Assembly: GCA_002011035.2 (NCBI GenBank)
Contig: MTLY02000003.1
Coordinates: forward strand, 320,001 to 384,000
Direction: 5' to 3'
DNA: 64,000 bases
DNA from: Candidatus Hecatella orcuttiae
Lineage (GTDB): Archaea > Thermoproteota > Bathyarchaeia > Hecatellales > Hecatellaceae
Both the position numbers and the translations under genes were made by a program. Below the pieces are notes generated by a model. It did not search any database, had not been told where the DNA came from, and saw only the letters and a list, made by a program, of their open reading frames with translations. This document shows positions 19,554 to 28,868 of this stretch, piece after piece; the first letter of the stretch is position 1, and each line of letters opens with the position of its first letter.

Positions 19554-20324
19554 TTGTTCCGAGACCAGATTCAAACCTCCGCCAAGAGGAAACAGTCCAA
19601 CATCGTTTTAGCCCTCGACCTCACCGGTCTAAGCCCTGAAAGGTTGCTGGCGGAAAGCTTGAACTTAGTGAAGAGGCTTTCCAGCCTCATCTGCGCTGTG
19701 AAAGTCAACAGGCATCTGACACTTCCCCTAGGCCTCCGGGGAGGAGTTGAGAAGATTGTGCAGCAGGCTCACAGGTTCGACCTCCCCGCTATCATGGACT
19801 GCAAGCTCAACGACATAGGCTCCACCAACCGGGTGATAGCTGAAAACTTTTTCCAAATAGGCTTCGACGCCCTCACGGTAAGCCCCCACACGGGATGGGA
19901 AAAAGGACTGGAGCCCGTTTTCACCCTAGCCCGGGAGATGGGGAAAGGGATCATAACTCTCGTCTACATGAGCCACCCCGGAGCTGAAGAGGTCTTCGGC
20001 TTAAAAACGCAAGACCCTGAAACAGGCGAAATGCAGCCTGCCTACAAGCTTTTCGCCAAGTGGTCCCGGAGGTGGAAGGCAGACGGAGCTGTCGTAGGAG
20101 CCACTAGGCCTAAGATAATCTCAGAAGTCGACGGCCTCTTAGGGAAAGAGGTTCCCATATACTCTCCGGGAGTAGGATTTCAAGGCGGCATGGTTGAGGA
20201 GGCCATGAAAAGTGGAACCCGGTACCTGATAGTGGGGAGGACTATCTTCACGGCAAAGGAGCCGGAGGCCGTTGCAGAGCAGATTCGTGGCACTGTGCTA
20301 AAAGTGGCTCCTCAACTCTTCTAG
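19554..20324 (+). CDS. pyrF: Orotidine 5'-phosphate decarboxylase
   Basis: LALD, DCKLNDIGST, VVGAT, SPGVG, IVGR. Confidence 0.95.
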   Translation: MFRDQIQTSAKRKQSNIVLALDLTGLSPERLLAESLNLVKRLSSLICAVKVNRHLTLPLGLRGGVEKIVQQAHRFDLPAIMDCKLNDIGSTNRVIAENFFQIGFDALTVSPHTGWEKGLEPVFTLAREMGKGIITLVYMSHPGAEEVFGLKTQDPETGEMQPAYKLFAKWSRRWKADGAVVGATRPKIISEVDGLLGKEVPIYSPGVGFQGGMVEEAMKSGTRYLIVGRTIFTAKEPEAVAEQIRGTVLKVAPQLF

Positions 20325-20352
20325 CCGCTGGCGGAAGCCCCTTTTCCAAGGT

Positions 20353-20505
20353 TTAGCGTGCCTGTTTTTGCCAAAGCTCGTTTTTCAGCAGGTCTCTCAC
20401 AGCAGCTCTCATTACTGCGCTACGGCTGGAGTACATGCCGGCTTTGATGAGTTCATCCATCCCCTCAACCAAGGCCTCGGGGAGTTTGACGGTGAGAAGC
20501 TTCAT
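20353..20505 (-). CDS. 50-aa ribbon-helix-helix regulator, CdrS/aCcr1-like (below ORF-track cutoff)
   Basis: Manual translation MKLLTVKLPEALVEGMDELIKAGMYSSRSAVMRAAVRDLLKNELWQKQAR*. Confidence 0.88.
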   Translation of the reverse strand: MKLLTVKLPEALVEGMDELIKAGMYSSRSAVMRAAVRDLLKNELWQKQAR

Positions 20506-20659
20506 GGTGGCGGACAAGGGACAACGCCGTTGGTAGATAACGCGTGGAAAATTATAAAGATTTTGCTAGCCCAGCCGAAAGGACGGCGGGAAGAGTTTAC
20601 GGAGATTATTTAAGGGGAGAGTGTTCCTATTCTTCTGGACTTGAGGAGCGTTAAACCGG

Positions 20660-21997
20660 TTGAAGTTTGCCGTGGTGGGTCTAGGCCAGGCTGGGGGGAG
20701 AATCGCGGACCTCTTTGTTCATTATGACCTCCTGCATGAGAAAGCTCATGGAAGGAACATCCCCGTTTGCTTGGCCATCAACACTTCGCAGTCGGACTTA
20801 AGAGGATTGAAGGCTATCCCTCCTAGGGACAGAATTCTCATAGGTCAGAGTTATTCCAAAGCCCATGGAGCAGGAGCTAACATCGACGCGGGGGCGGAAA
20901 TAGCCAAAAAAGAGCTGAGTTACATCAAGAAAGCCTTAGGAGAAAGAGGAGCCTTTAACACCGAGAACATCGACGCCTTCTTTCTGATAGCTGGACTTGG
21001 GGGCGGAACCGGGTCAGGGGGCACCCCCATCTTGGCTAAGGAATTAAAGATGTACAACATGCCTGTGATCGCTTTAGGCATCCTGCCCAGCAATGATGAA
21101 GGGGGCTTGATGGCCATAAACGCCTCCCGGAGTCTGATGTCGCTGCATGAAACAGTGGACGCTTTAATTCTATTTGACAACAACAGGTGGAAGACTCCGG
21201 GACTGCCCATTCATGAAAGCTACTCTCACATGAACCATATGATCGTCAGAATATTCCCGCTGGTTCTGGGGGCGGGAGAAGTTAAAACTCCGGCGATGGT
21301 AGGCAGCAAAGTAGTGGACGCCTCCGACATCCTGAACTCATTGAAAGGTTTCACTGTCTTCGGATATTCTGAGGCCTCGGCGCGAAGGGGTTTCTTGGCG
21401 TTCAAAAAGAAAGGCAAATTCGATCAGCTTAATCCGAAAGACAAATGCCGCTCCGTTTTGCAGGACGCCGTCACTCGACTGTCCACAGACTGTGTTCTAG
21501 GCAGCGCTGAAAAAGCCCTTCTGATGCTCGCAGGTCCTCCCAGCGAGCTGAGTAAGGACGGGTTTGATGAGGCTGTCCGCTGGTATGAAGCCAATTTGAA
21601 AGGAGCGGAGGTCAGAGGCGGCGACTTCCCTCTGCCTAAGTCAGATAAGGTCATGGGGATAGTCTTCCTCTCCGGGATTTATGACATCCCTAGAATAAGA
21701 GAACTCATGGATGCAGGGATCAGACACCGGAAGACCCTTGATGAAAAGAAAAGAGTTCACCCTCTCCTTCATTATAAGCTGAAATACGGAGAACATTTGA
21801 GGACGGTTGAGTTTCAGCCCTCCATCGCTGAGGAAACACCGATTTCAGGCTGTCCCACGTGTGGAAGCGGTGATTTGATGGTGCTCAAATCTTGGGAGGT
21901 GAAACCCAAAACCAAGAAAGGCCCAGCCATGCGGGTGACCATTTATTCATGCGAAAGCGGCCACAGGTTCAGAAAAACCACAAAAACTGAGGCGTAA
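20660..21997 (+). CDS. Tubulin/FtsZ-superfamily GTPase, CetZ-like, with C-terminal Zn-ribbon (Cren7-like) domain
   Basis: GLGQAGGRI, AINT, GLGGGTGSGG, FDN, VVDASDI T7 loop; tail CPTC...KSW...CESGHRFR. Confidence 0.9.
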   Translation: MKFAVVGLGQAGGRIADLFVHYDLLHEKAHGRNIPVCLAINTSQSDLRGLKAIPPRDRILIGQSYSKAHGAGANIDAGAEIAKKELSYIKKALGERGAFNTENIDAFFLIAGLGGGTGSGGTPILAKELKMYNMPVIALGILPSNDEGGLMAINASRSLMSLHETVDALILFDNNRWKTPGLPIHESYSHMNHMIVRIFPLVLGAGEVKTPAMVGSKVVDASDILNSLKGFTVFGYSEASARRGFLAFKKKGKFDQLNPKDKCRSVLQDAVTRLSTDCVLGSAEKALLMLAGPPSELSKDGFDEAVRWYEANLKGAEVRGGDFPLPKSDKVMGIVFLSGIYDIPRIRELMDAGIRHRKTLDEKKRVHPLLHYKLKYGEHLRTVEFQPSIAEETPISGCPTCGSGDLMVLKSWEVKPKTKKGPAMRVTIYSCESGHRFRKTTKTEA

Positions 21998-22126
21998 ACC
22001 CTTTTTTACTAGAGCCTGAAAACTGAAGGTCAAGGGGTTGGGTCCGCTGGAAAGCTGTGCGGAGATAACCTTATGCAGTAGAGGTGTTATATCAGAGTTT
22101 AACATATTATTGATGAGGGAGCCGAG

Positions 22127-22456
22127 ATGGGCGGCGGCAAGAAGAAAGGATTATCCGCTATGGAGAAAGCCCAAAGGCTCAAGGAAGAAAAGGAAAAAGC
22201 TGGGAGGAAGAAAGGCAAGCCTGCCCCCTCCAAAAAGGTTTCCATAACCTATGGATTCCCTGAGGTAGACGACGAAACCCTGACCTCCGAGCTGGGGAAA
22301 ATGAAAGCGGTGACACCTGCGGCTTTAGCCTCAGCCTTCAATATTAAGGTGAGTATGGCTGAGGACTACTTGGAAAGCCTCCAAAAAAGAGGCCTCGTCA
22401 GCCTTGTGAGAGGCTGCGAGCGTCTAAAAATCTACAAGCCCACTGCTGCCAGCTAA
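22127..22456 (+). CDS. rps25e: 30S ribosomal protein S25e
   Basis: MGGGKKK..SAMEK, VTP..LAS..NIKVS.A winged-helix pattern. Confidence 0.9.
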   Translation: MGGGKKKGLSAMEKAQRLKEEKEKAGRKKGKPAPSKKVSITYGFPEVDDETLTSELGKMKAVTPAALASAFNIKVSMAEDYLESLQKRGLVSLVRGCERLKIYKPTAAS

Positions 22457-22457
22457 G

Positions 22458-22835
22458 TTAGTCTCCCAGCCTTTCCACTCGGATTATCTGGCCTTCCTTG
22501 GCAGACCTGAAAAGCTCCAAGTTTTCGGTGACTTTTCCCACCACGTTCACGGGGCTGTAGGGTTGAGATTCACCGTAGAAGATGCAGAGGGCGCTTCCCA
22601 CAGGCCAGTAGGCTATGGCCCCTGTTTCCACCGTCTTCTTTTCCTTCTCCAGCCCCACTTTGATGGGAGTGGTGAAGTAGACCTCTTCCTTCCATACGGC
22701 CAGCTTACCCTCTAAAGGGAGCGCCTTGAGGATGGCTGCCACCGTCTGGGGGGCTAGAAACCTAGCCAGTTCTCCTCTGCTTTCCCCTAGGCCTTTGACG
22801 GTTATCTTTATCGGGATTCTACCCGTGTTCTCCAA
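22458..22835 (-). CDS. Cyclophilin-like fold protein (DUF369/TM1367 type)
   Basis: APQTV..ILKALP, WKEEVYF, IAYWP.G.ALCIFYG, SPVNVVG. Confidence 0.85.
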   Translation of the reverse strand: MENTGRIPIKITVKGLGESRGELARFLAPQTVAAILKALPLEGKLAVWKEEVYFTTPIKVGLEKEKKTVETGAIAYWPVGSALCIFYGESQPYSPVNVVGKVTENLELFRSAKEGQIIRVERLGD

Positions 22836-23176
22836 GCGGTTTCACCTTCAACCAGCCAGTCTATGGCAGTTTACAGATTTAAAATTAACCTACCGGTCAG
22901 TGGTTTATGGCCTCGAAATTAACCAGTCATAGTTCTCGTGGAGTTTTATATGCCATAACATCTATTCTCCCTTCTATTTTCTTAAATTGGCTTGCTTTAT
23001 GAATTTAAACACCTAGCCCGAGGTACCGAAGATGATCGACTCTACTGGAGAGGAGTAGCGCCACCAACACCCTCTAGGCGGTGGAATCTTGAGGAAAAAT
23101 TTAAATATTTCATCCTAATTTCAAACCTCTCGCAAATAGAATAATATCACGGGAAGCGTTAAGGAGGATTGAAAAA

Positions 23177-24841
23177 ATGGCAGCTCAAGCAATTCCAGCT
23201 GTAACTGAATCCGGTCAACCTGTACTGATCTTGAAAGAGGGAACAACCCAGACGAAGGGAAGGGAAGCCCAGAGGAACAACATCACCGCCGCCAAGGTTG
23301 TGGCTGAAATCATTAGGACATGCCTCGGCCCCCGGGGCATGGATAAAATGCTCATCTCCAGCTTCGGCGACGCCACCATAACCAACGACGGAGCCACCAT
23401 TCTGAAGGAGATGGACATTCAACATCCAGCCGCCAAGATGATGGTGGAGACGGCTAAGGCCACCGACCAAGAGGTTGGCGACGGAACCACCAGCGTCGTG
23501 GTGCTGGCTGGGGCTTTGCTGGAGAAGGCGGAAGCTCTCATCGATAAAAACGTTCACCCCACCCTCATCGTCGACGGCTACAGCAAGGCTGAAGAGAAAG
23601 CCTTGGAATTCGGCCGGAAGATAGCCATACCAGTGGACCCAAAGGATAAGGGGATGTTGAAGAAGGTGGCGATAACCTCCATGGCCAGTAAGCTGGTTTC
23701 AGAGAATCGGGATTACCTCGCAGACTTGGCTGTGGAAGCCATTCTGCAAGTCGCCCAGAAAACTGACGAAGGATACAAAGTGGACATCGGAGACGTGAAG
23801 GTGGAGAAGAAGGCGGGAGCCTCCATCACCGACACCCAGCTTATTCGAGGGGTAGCTGTGGATAAGGAAGTGGTTCACAGCGGTATGCCTAGGAGGGTGG
23901 AAAAGGCGAAAATAGCCCTCTTGGAAAGCCCCTTGGAGATCGAGAAGACAGAGTTTGACGCCAAGATCAACATAGAGACTCCGGAGCAGATGAAGAGCTT
24001 CATGGACGAGGAGACCAGAATTTTCAAGGAGATGGTGGATAAGATTGCTGCCACTGGGGCCAACGTGGTCTTCTGCCAGAAAGGCATCGACGACATGGCT
24101 CAGCATTTCTTGGCCAAACGGAGTATCCTAGCCATCAGGAGGGTTAAGCAGTCTGACATGGAGAAGCTTTCCAAAGCCACGGGTGGAAGAATCGTCACCA
24201 GCGTAGACGCCTTAACGTCGGCAGACTTAGGCTCCGCTGAGCTAGTGGAGGAGAGGAAGCTGGGAGAAGACAAGTGGACCTTCGTGGAAGGCTGCAAGAA
24301 CCCCAAGTCCCTCACCATCCTAGTGAGAGGCGGAACTGAGAGAGTTACCGACGAGGCTGAGAGGTCTATCCACGACGCTCTTTCTGTGGTGAGAGACGTA
24401 GTGGAGAACCCCAAGATCGTCGTGGGAGGAGGCGCCTTTGAAGCAGAGGTTTCCACCCAGCTGAGAAACTGGGCTCAAACTCTCACAGGCAGGGAGCAGC
24501 TGGCTGCTTTAGATTTCGCCGACGCGCTTGAAAGTATCCCGCTGACTTTGGCTGAGAACGCAGGCGCAGACCCCTTGGACATCCAAGTGGAGCTCAGGTC
24601 GAGGCATGAGAAAGGTGAAAAATGGTACGGCGTCGACGTCTTCGCAGGGAAGGTGGCAGACTTGGAGAAGCAAGAGGTGTTGGAGCCTTTGAGGGTGAAG
24701 GAGCAGATAATAACTTCAGCCCACGAAGCTGCAGCCATGATCCTCCGTATCGACGATGTTATTGCCGCTTCTAAGATGAAGGAGTCAACCCCGCCTAAAG
24801 GCGGAGGCGCCGGAGGGGAAGAAAGCTCCGAATTTGATTAA
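23177..24841 (+). CDS. thsA: Thermosome (group II chaperonin) subunit, first paralog
   Basis: [30 protein letters not shown]; acidic C-terminus; alpha/beta assignment tentative. Confidence 0.96.
   Translation: MAAQAIPAVTESGQPVLILKEGTTQTKGREAQRNNITAAKVVAEIIRTCLGPRGMDKMLISSFGDATITNDGATILKEMDIQHPAAKMMVETAKATDQEVGDGTTSVVVLAGALLEKAEALIDKNVHPTLIVDGYSKAEEKALEFGRKIAIPVDPKDKGMLKKVAITSMASKLVSENRDYLADLAVEAILQVAQKTDEGYKVDIGDVKVEKKAGASITDTQLIRGVAVDKEVVHSGMPRRVEKAKIALLESPLEIEKTEFDAKINIETPEQMKSFMDEETRIFKEMVDKIAATGANVVFCQKGIDDMAQHFLAKRSILAIRRVKQSDMEKLSKATGGRIVTSVDALTSADLGSAELVEERKLGEDKWTFVEGCKNPKSLTILVRGGTERVTDEAERSIHDALSVVRDVVENPKIVVGGGAFEAEVSTQLRNWAQTLTGREQLAALDFADALESIPLTLAENAGADPLDIQVELRSRHEKGEKWYGVDVFAGKVADLEKQEVLEPLRVKEQIITSAHEAAAMILRIDDVIAASKMKESTPPKGGGAGGEESSEFD
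23858..24093 (+). repeat. 236-bp exact repeat, copy 1 (copy 2 at 25528-25763)
   Basis: Base-by-base identical from GTGGATAAGGAAG to GGCATCGACGA in both thermosome genes. Confidence 0.92.
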
Positions 24842-24867
24842 GGTTTCCAAGATGGAGGTGTAAAAAG

Positions 24868-26529
24868 ATGGCAAGCGCAGGAAGTGTTCCGGTACTGATC
24901 CTGAAAGAAGGAACCGGGAGAACCCGGGGTAGAAACGCTCAGAGAAACAACATCATGGCAGCGAGAATCATCGGAGAAGTTCTAAAGAGCACCCTCGGGC
25001 CCAGAGGCATGGATAAGATGTTGGTGGACAGTCTCGGCGACGTGACGGTAACCAACGACGGAGCCACCGTCCTCAAGGAAATCGACGTCCAACATCCAGC
25101 CGCCAAGATGATGGTGGAGGCGGCTAAGACCCAAGATACCATCGCCGGCGACGGAACCACCACCGTAGTGGTTCTGGCAAGCGAACTGCTCAAAAAGGCT
25201 GAAGAGCTGCTGGACCAGAACATTCATCCAACCGTGGTGGTCGGAGGCTACAGGAAAGCGGCCGCTCAGGCCTTGGAGGAGTTGGGCGGCATCGCCAAAG
25301 GCGTGGACATCAAAGATAAAGAAGCCTTGAAGAAGGTGGCGTCCACTGCCATCCGAAGCAAGTCAGTGGCCTTGTCTAAGGAGCTGGTGACTAACCTAGC
25401 CATCGAGGCAGTGGATCTCATCGCCGAACGTCGAGGAGACAAGTGGGTTGCCGATGTTGAGCAAATCCAGATAACCAAAAAGCACGGTGGAAGCTTCACT
25501 GACACCCGGCTTATCAAAGGGATCATCGTGGATAAGGAAGTGGTTCACAGCGGTATGCCTAGGAGGGTGGAAAAGGCGAAAATAGCCCTCTTGGAAAGCC
25601 CCTTGGAGATCGAGAAGACAGAGTTTGACGCCAAGATCAACATAGAGACTCCGGAGCAGATGAAGAGCTTCATGGACGAGGAGACCAGAATTTTCAAGGA
25701 GATGGTGGATAAGATTGCTGCCACTGGGGCCAACGTGGTCTTCTGCCAGAAAGGCATCGACGAGATCGCCCAGCATTTCCTAGCCAAACAGGGCATCCTA
25801 GCTGTGAGGAGGGTTAAAAAGTCTGACATGGAGAAGCTTTCAAGAGCCACAGGAGCCCGCATCGTCACCAACTTTGACGACCTGAAAAAGGAAGACTTGG
25901 GTACAGCTGAACTGGTGGAAGAGAGGAAGTTCGGAGACGACAAGATGGTCTTCGTGGAAGGCTGCAAGAACCCCAAGTCGGTAGGCGTCCTGATCCGCGG
26001 AGGCCTAGAGCGATTCGTCGACGAGGCTGAAAGAGCCGTTCACGACGCTCTTTCCGTGGTGGCCGATGTTTACGAGAACCCCAGGATCGTGGCGGGCGGA
26101 GGCTCTCTGGAGATGGAGTTGGCTAAACGTCTCAGGAGCTACGCAAGCAAAGTTGGCGGCCGGGAGCAGTTGGCTGTGGAAGCCTTCGCTGACTCCTTAG
26201 AGGCTATCCCCCGAACTCTGGCTGAAAACGCGGGAATGGACCCAATAGACATCCTAGTGGACCTAAGAGCCCAACACGACAAGCCTGAGGGCCTCTCCGT
26301 GGGAGTAGATGTGTTCTCTGGGAAAGCAGCTGACATGGAGAAGCTAAACGTCCTCGAGCCGGCGAAGGTTAAGGAGCAAGCCATCAAGAGCGCCGTGGAA
26401 GCAGCCTGCATGATCCTCCGCATCGACGACGTCATCGCAGCGGCTAAGACGAAGCCTCCTGAAACGAAAGGCGGCGGTCCAGGCGGTGGACCAGGAGGAC
26501 TGGGAGGCGGCGGAATGCCTCCGATGTGA
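24868..26529 (+). CDS. thsB: Thermosome subunit, second paralog
   Basis: Same chaperonin motifs; Gly/Met-rich tail GGGGMPPM. Confidence 0.96.
   Translation: MASAGSVPVLILKEGTGRTRGRNAQRNNIMAARIIGEVLKSTLGPRGMDKMLVDSLGDVTVTNDGATVLKEIDVQHPAAKMMVEAAKTQDTIAGDGTTTVVVLASELLKKAEELLDQNIHPTVVVGGYRKAAAQALEELGGIAKGVDIKDKEALKKVASTAIRSKSVALSKELVTNLAIEAVDLIAERRGDKWVADVEQIQITKKHGGSFTDTRLIKGIIVDKEVVHSGMPRRVEKAKIALLESPLEIEKTEFDAKINIETPEQMKSFMDEETRIFKEMVDKIAATGANVVFCQKGIDEIAQHFLAKQGILAVRRVKKSDMEKLSRATGARIVTNFDDLKKEDLGTAELVEERKFGDDKMVFVEGCKNPKSVGVLIRGGLERFVDEAERAVHDALSVVADVYENPRIVAGGGSLEMELAKRLRSYASKVGGREQLAVEAFADSLEAIPRTLAENAGMDPIDILVDLRAQHDKPEGLSVGVDVFSGKAADMEKLNVLEPAKVKEQAIKSAVEAACMILRIDDVIAAAKTKPPETKGGGPGGGPGGLGGGGMPPM
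25528..25763 (+). repeat. 236-bp exact repeat, copy 2
   Basis: Identical to 23858-24093. Confidence 0.92.
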
Positions 26530-26660
26530 CAAGGTAAGTCGCTGCTCTAAGTTCCCTTCACTTTCTTCATTTTTTATGAATATTCTAACCGGTTTTTTCC
26601 CTGTGAAGGTTTATAATTTCCAGCCGTCTTAGATAAGGAAGTCTTTTAGCCGGGGTCACT

Positions 26661-26829
26661 GCCGGGGTTCCGAGGCTGTGGGAAGACAGCCGTCGGGCCG
26701 AAGGCTGAGTGGACTAACCTGAAGGAGGGTAAGGGTTCAAAAGCGCGGGCCTTGAGTTGAACCGCTGGCAAAAGATAGCCCGTGAGCCTCCTGAGGCTCG
26801 CAAGGGTTCAAATCCCTTCCCCGGCGCCA
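26661..26829 (+). tRNA. tRNA-Ser(UGA) with three introns (26669-26702, 26717-26740, 26757-26776)
   Basis: Spliced product GCCGGGGTGGCTGAGTGGACTAAAGCGCGGGCCTTGAGAGCCCGTGAGCCTCCTGAGGCTCGCAAGGGTTCAAATCCCTTCCCCGGCGCCA is a canonical 91-nt class II cloverleaf with G73 and encoded CCA; each intron is bounded by a BHB-type motif. Confidence 0.88.
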
Positions 26830-26933
26830 TTTCTTATGTGCAGCGCCCATTTTTCTTCCCCGCGGCGGGAGAGGCAATGCCTAAAATAGGCAGGGAGGAG
26901 AAATTAACCAAGCTAGGCTGAGGTGAGTTTGGG

Positions 26934-27137
26934 GTGGCGAGGGTCGACTGCTCAAACGTTGAGGTGAACTTGAAGAACTGCACATGCACCTACGAGCCTT
27001 GCGGTAGGAAGGGAGTTTGCTGCCAGTGTCTCCTCTATCATCGAGAAAAGGGCGAGTTACCGGGCTGTTTCTTTCCTCCTGAGGTTGAAAAAATCTACGA
27101 CAGGTCGATTCAAAGATTCCTATCCATCCACAAGTGA
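26934..27137 (+). CDS. Small Cys-rich protein (DUF6485-like)
   Basis: CTCTYEPCGRKGVCCQCL..H....LPGCFF; GAGGTGA SD. Confidence 0.8.
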   Translation: MARVDCSNVEVNLKNCTCTYEPCGRKGVCCQCLLYHREKGELPGCFFPPEVEKIYDRSIQRFLSIHK

Positions 27138-27271
27138 GGGCTTCACACTTAGGACTTAACGAGTCAATGCTGAGGAGGTTTCGCGGCGTGGAGGAAAGGA
27201 TTTATCTACTCCCACCACCTCTTCTGTTTTGAGCTTGGCTAGCCGCGAAGAAAACAGTGAGGGTGTGAAAG

Positions 27272-27373
27272 GTGGAAAGCCGAAAGCGTCTATGCCCGGA
27301 CTACGGAAAACAGCGATGTCCCCTCTACAAGACGGATGGCATGATATACGACATGTGCATCATCTGCCGGTAG
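27272..27373 (+). CDS. Putative 33-aa four-Cys microprotein
   Basis: MESRKRLCPDYGKQRCPLYKTDGMIYDMCIICR*; SD-like GAGGGTG upstream. Confidence 0.4.
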   Translation: MESRKRLCPDYGKQRCPLYKTDGMIYDMCIICR

Positions 27374-27440
27374 GGACTGGCTGAGCTGCGGCGAGACAGA
27401 GCCTATTTTAGGCTTAATTCAGCCTTTTTTGGCCTCCCGG

Positions 27441-28865
27441 TCAACTGGATTTTAATGCCACGGTTTCAACCCTGATGGTGTTGGTGGTGCCCACTCTGCT
27501 TTTGGGATCTCCGGAAACTAGGATAATGCGGCTAAGCCTTTTCGCATCACCCTTTTTCGCCAAGATTCTTTTAGCCTCCCGGAGGATGAGGTCGCTGTTC
27601 ATGGGTTCCTCCGCTAAATAGGGTTCTACCCCCCAAGATAGGAGGAGCCTCCGCTGTAGCGAAGGGTCTGCGGTGAAGACTAACAAAGGGTTGGGCGGTC
27701 TGTAGCGGGATATTCTGTAGGCGGTTGAGCCGGACCGGGTGGGGACCACGATGGCCGCAGCCTCCAAGCCTATTGCCAGCCGGCATGCGGTGTAGCTGAT
27801 CACATCTTCCGGTGTCCGTTTGGCCGAGGATTCGCGTTGGGCTAGGATCTCCCTGTAGGGAAGTTTTTTCTCCACGGTCTCAGCCACCCGGGCCATGACC
27901 TTAACAGCCTCCACCGGATAGTTTCCCACAGCGGTTTCCTCCGAAAGCATCAAAGCGTCGGTGCCATCGAAAACAGCGTTGGCTATATCGCTTACTTCCG
28001 CCCTTGTAGGCCGAGGATTCTGCACCATGGACATGAGCATTTGGGTTGCCGTTATAACCGGTCTACCGTGGAGGTTGCAGTCTCGGATCAACTGCTTCTG
28101 CAAGATGGGTATGTTTTCCACATCCATCTCCACCCCCAAGTCGCCGCGCGCAATCATGATGCCGTCAGATTCCCTAATGATCCTGCGGATATCTCTGAAG
28201 GCGGAGGCTCGCTCGATCTTGGCGATAACCCCTGCTTTACTCTTCCTCCGTTTGATAAGCTCTTTCGCGGCGATGATGTCCTTGGAGCTTTGAATAAATG
28301 AAAAGGCAACAAAATCCACTTCTTTTTCAAGCCCAAATTCCAGATGCTCCGCATCTTTCTCCGTAATAGGCGGCATCTTCACCATGAAACCGGGAATGTT
28401 CATCCCCTTACCTGAGTGCAAAGTCCCGCCTGTTGCAACTTTGCACGCTACATTTTTTTCGTCGGTGTCCACCACCTCCAACCTGATGGTTCCGTCAGCT
28501 AGGTAGATTTTATCTCCCTTCTTCACCTCCTGAGGGAGAGAGCTGTAATTCACGGAGACCCTATGGGAGTCCCCTTCAACCATCTCGGTGGTTAAGGTGA
28601 ACGTTGCCCCCTCCGTCAACCGGACGGAGCCTTCCTTGAAACGCCCAATCCTCAGCCTCGGGCCCGGTAGGTCTTGGATTATTCCTATGGGCGTATGTAA
28701 CTCGTGGGATATCCCCCTGATCAGCTCAATAACTCTTCCATGCTCCCGGTGGGTTCCGTGGGAGAAGTTTAGGCGGGCCAGCTTCATTCCTGCCTTAACA
28801 AGCTGCTTCAAAACCTTGTAGGAGGAGCTAGCCGGACCGATGGTGCACACGATCTTCGTCCGCAC
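27441..28865 (-). CDS. pyk: Pyruvate kinase
   Basis: TKIVCTIGPAS, RLNFSHG, IAKIE, ARGDLG, ATQML, PTRAE. Confidence 0.98.
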   Translation of the reverse strand: MRTKIVCTIGPASSSYKVLKQLVKAGMKLARLNFSHGTHREHGRVIELIRGISHELHTPIGIIQDLPGPRLRIGRFKEGSVRLTEGATFTLTTEMVEGDSHRVSVNYSSLPQEVKKGDKIYLADGTIRLEVVDTDEKNVACKVATGGTLHSGKGMNIPGFMVKMPPITEKDAEHLEFGLEKEVDFVAFSFIQSSKDIIAAKELIKRRKSKAGVIAKIERASAFRDIRRIIRESDGIMIARGDLGVEMDVENIPILQKQLIRDCNLHGRPVITATQMLMSMVQNPRPTRAEVSDIANAVFDGTDALMLSEETAVGNYPVEAVKVMARVAETVEKKLPYREILAQRESSAKRTPEDVISYTACRLAIGLEAAAIVVPTRSGSTAYRISRYRPPNPLLVFTADPSLQRRLLLSWGVEPYLAEEPMNSDLILREAKRILAKKGDAKRLSRIILVSGDPKSRVGTTNTIRVETVALKSS

Positions 28866-28868
28866 CCT

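Noticed and set aside
22103-22130. Kink-turn (TGATGA...CCGA) over the rps25e start
   Set aside because: The TATA near 22087 implies a TSS inside the motif, so the 5' stem is probably not transcribed; D box imperfect
26649-26660. tRNA-Ser starting at the upstream GCCGGGGT
   Set aside because: Gives an A10-C25 mismatch or lacks the intron-side helix; the 26661 start gives a full BHB and canonical D arm
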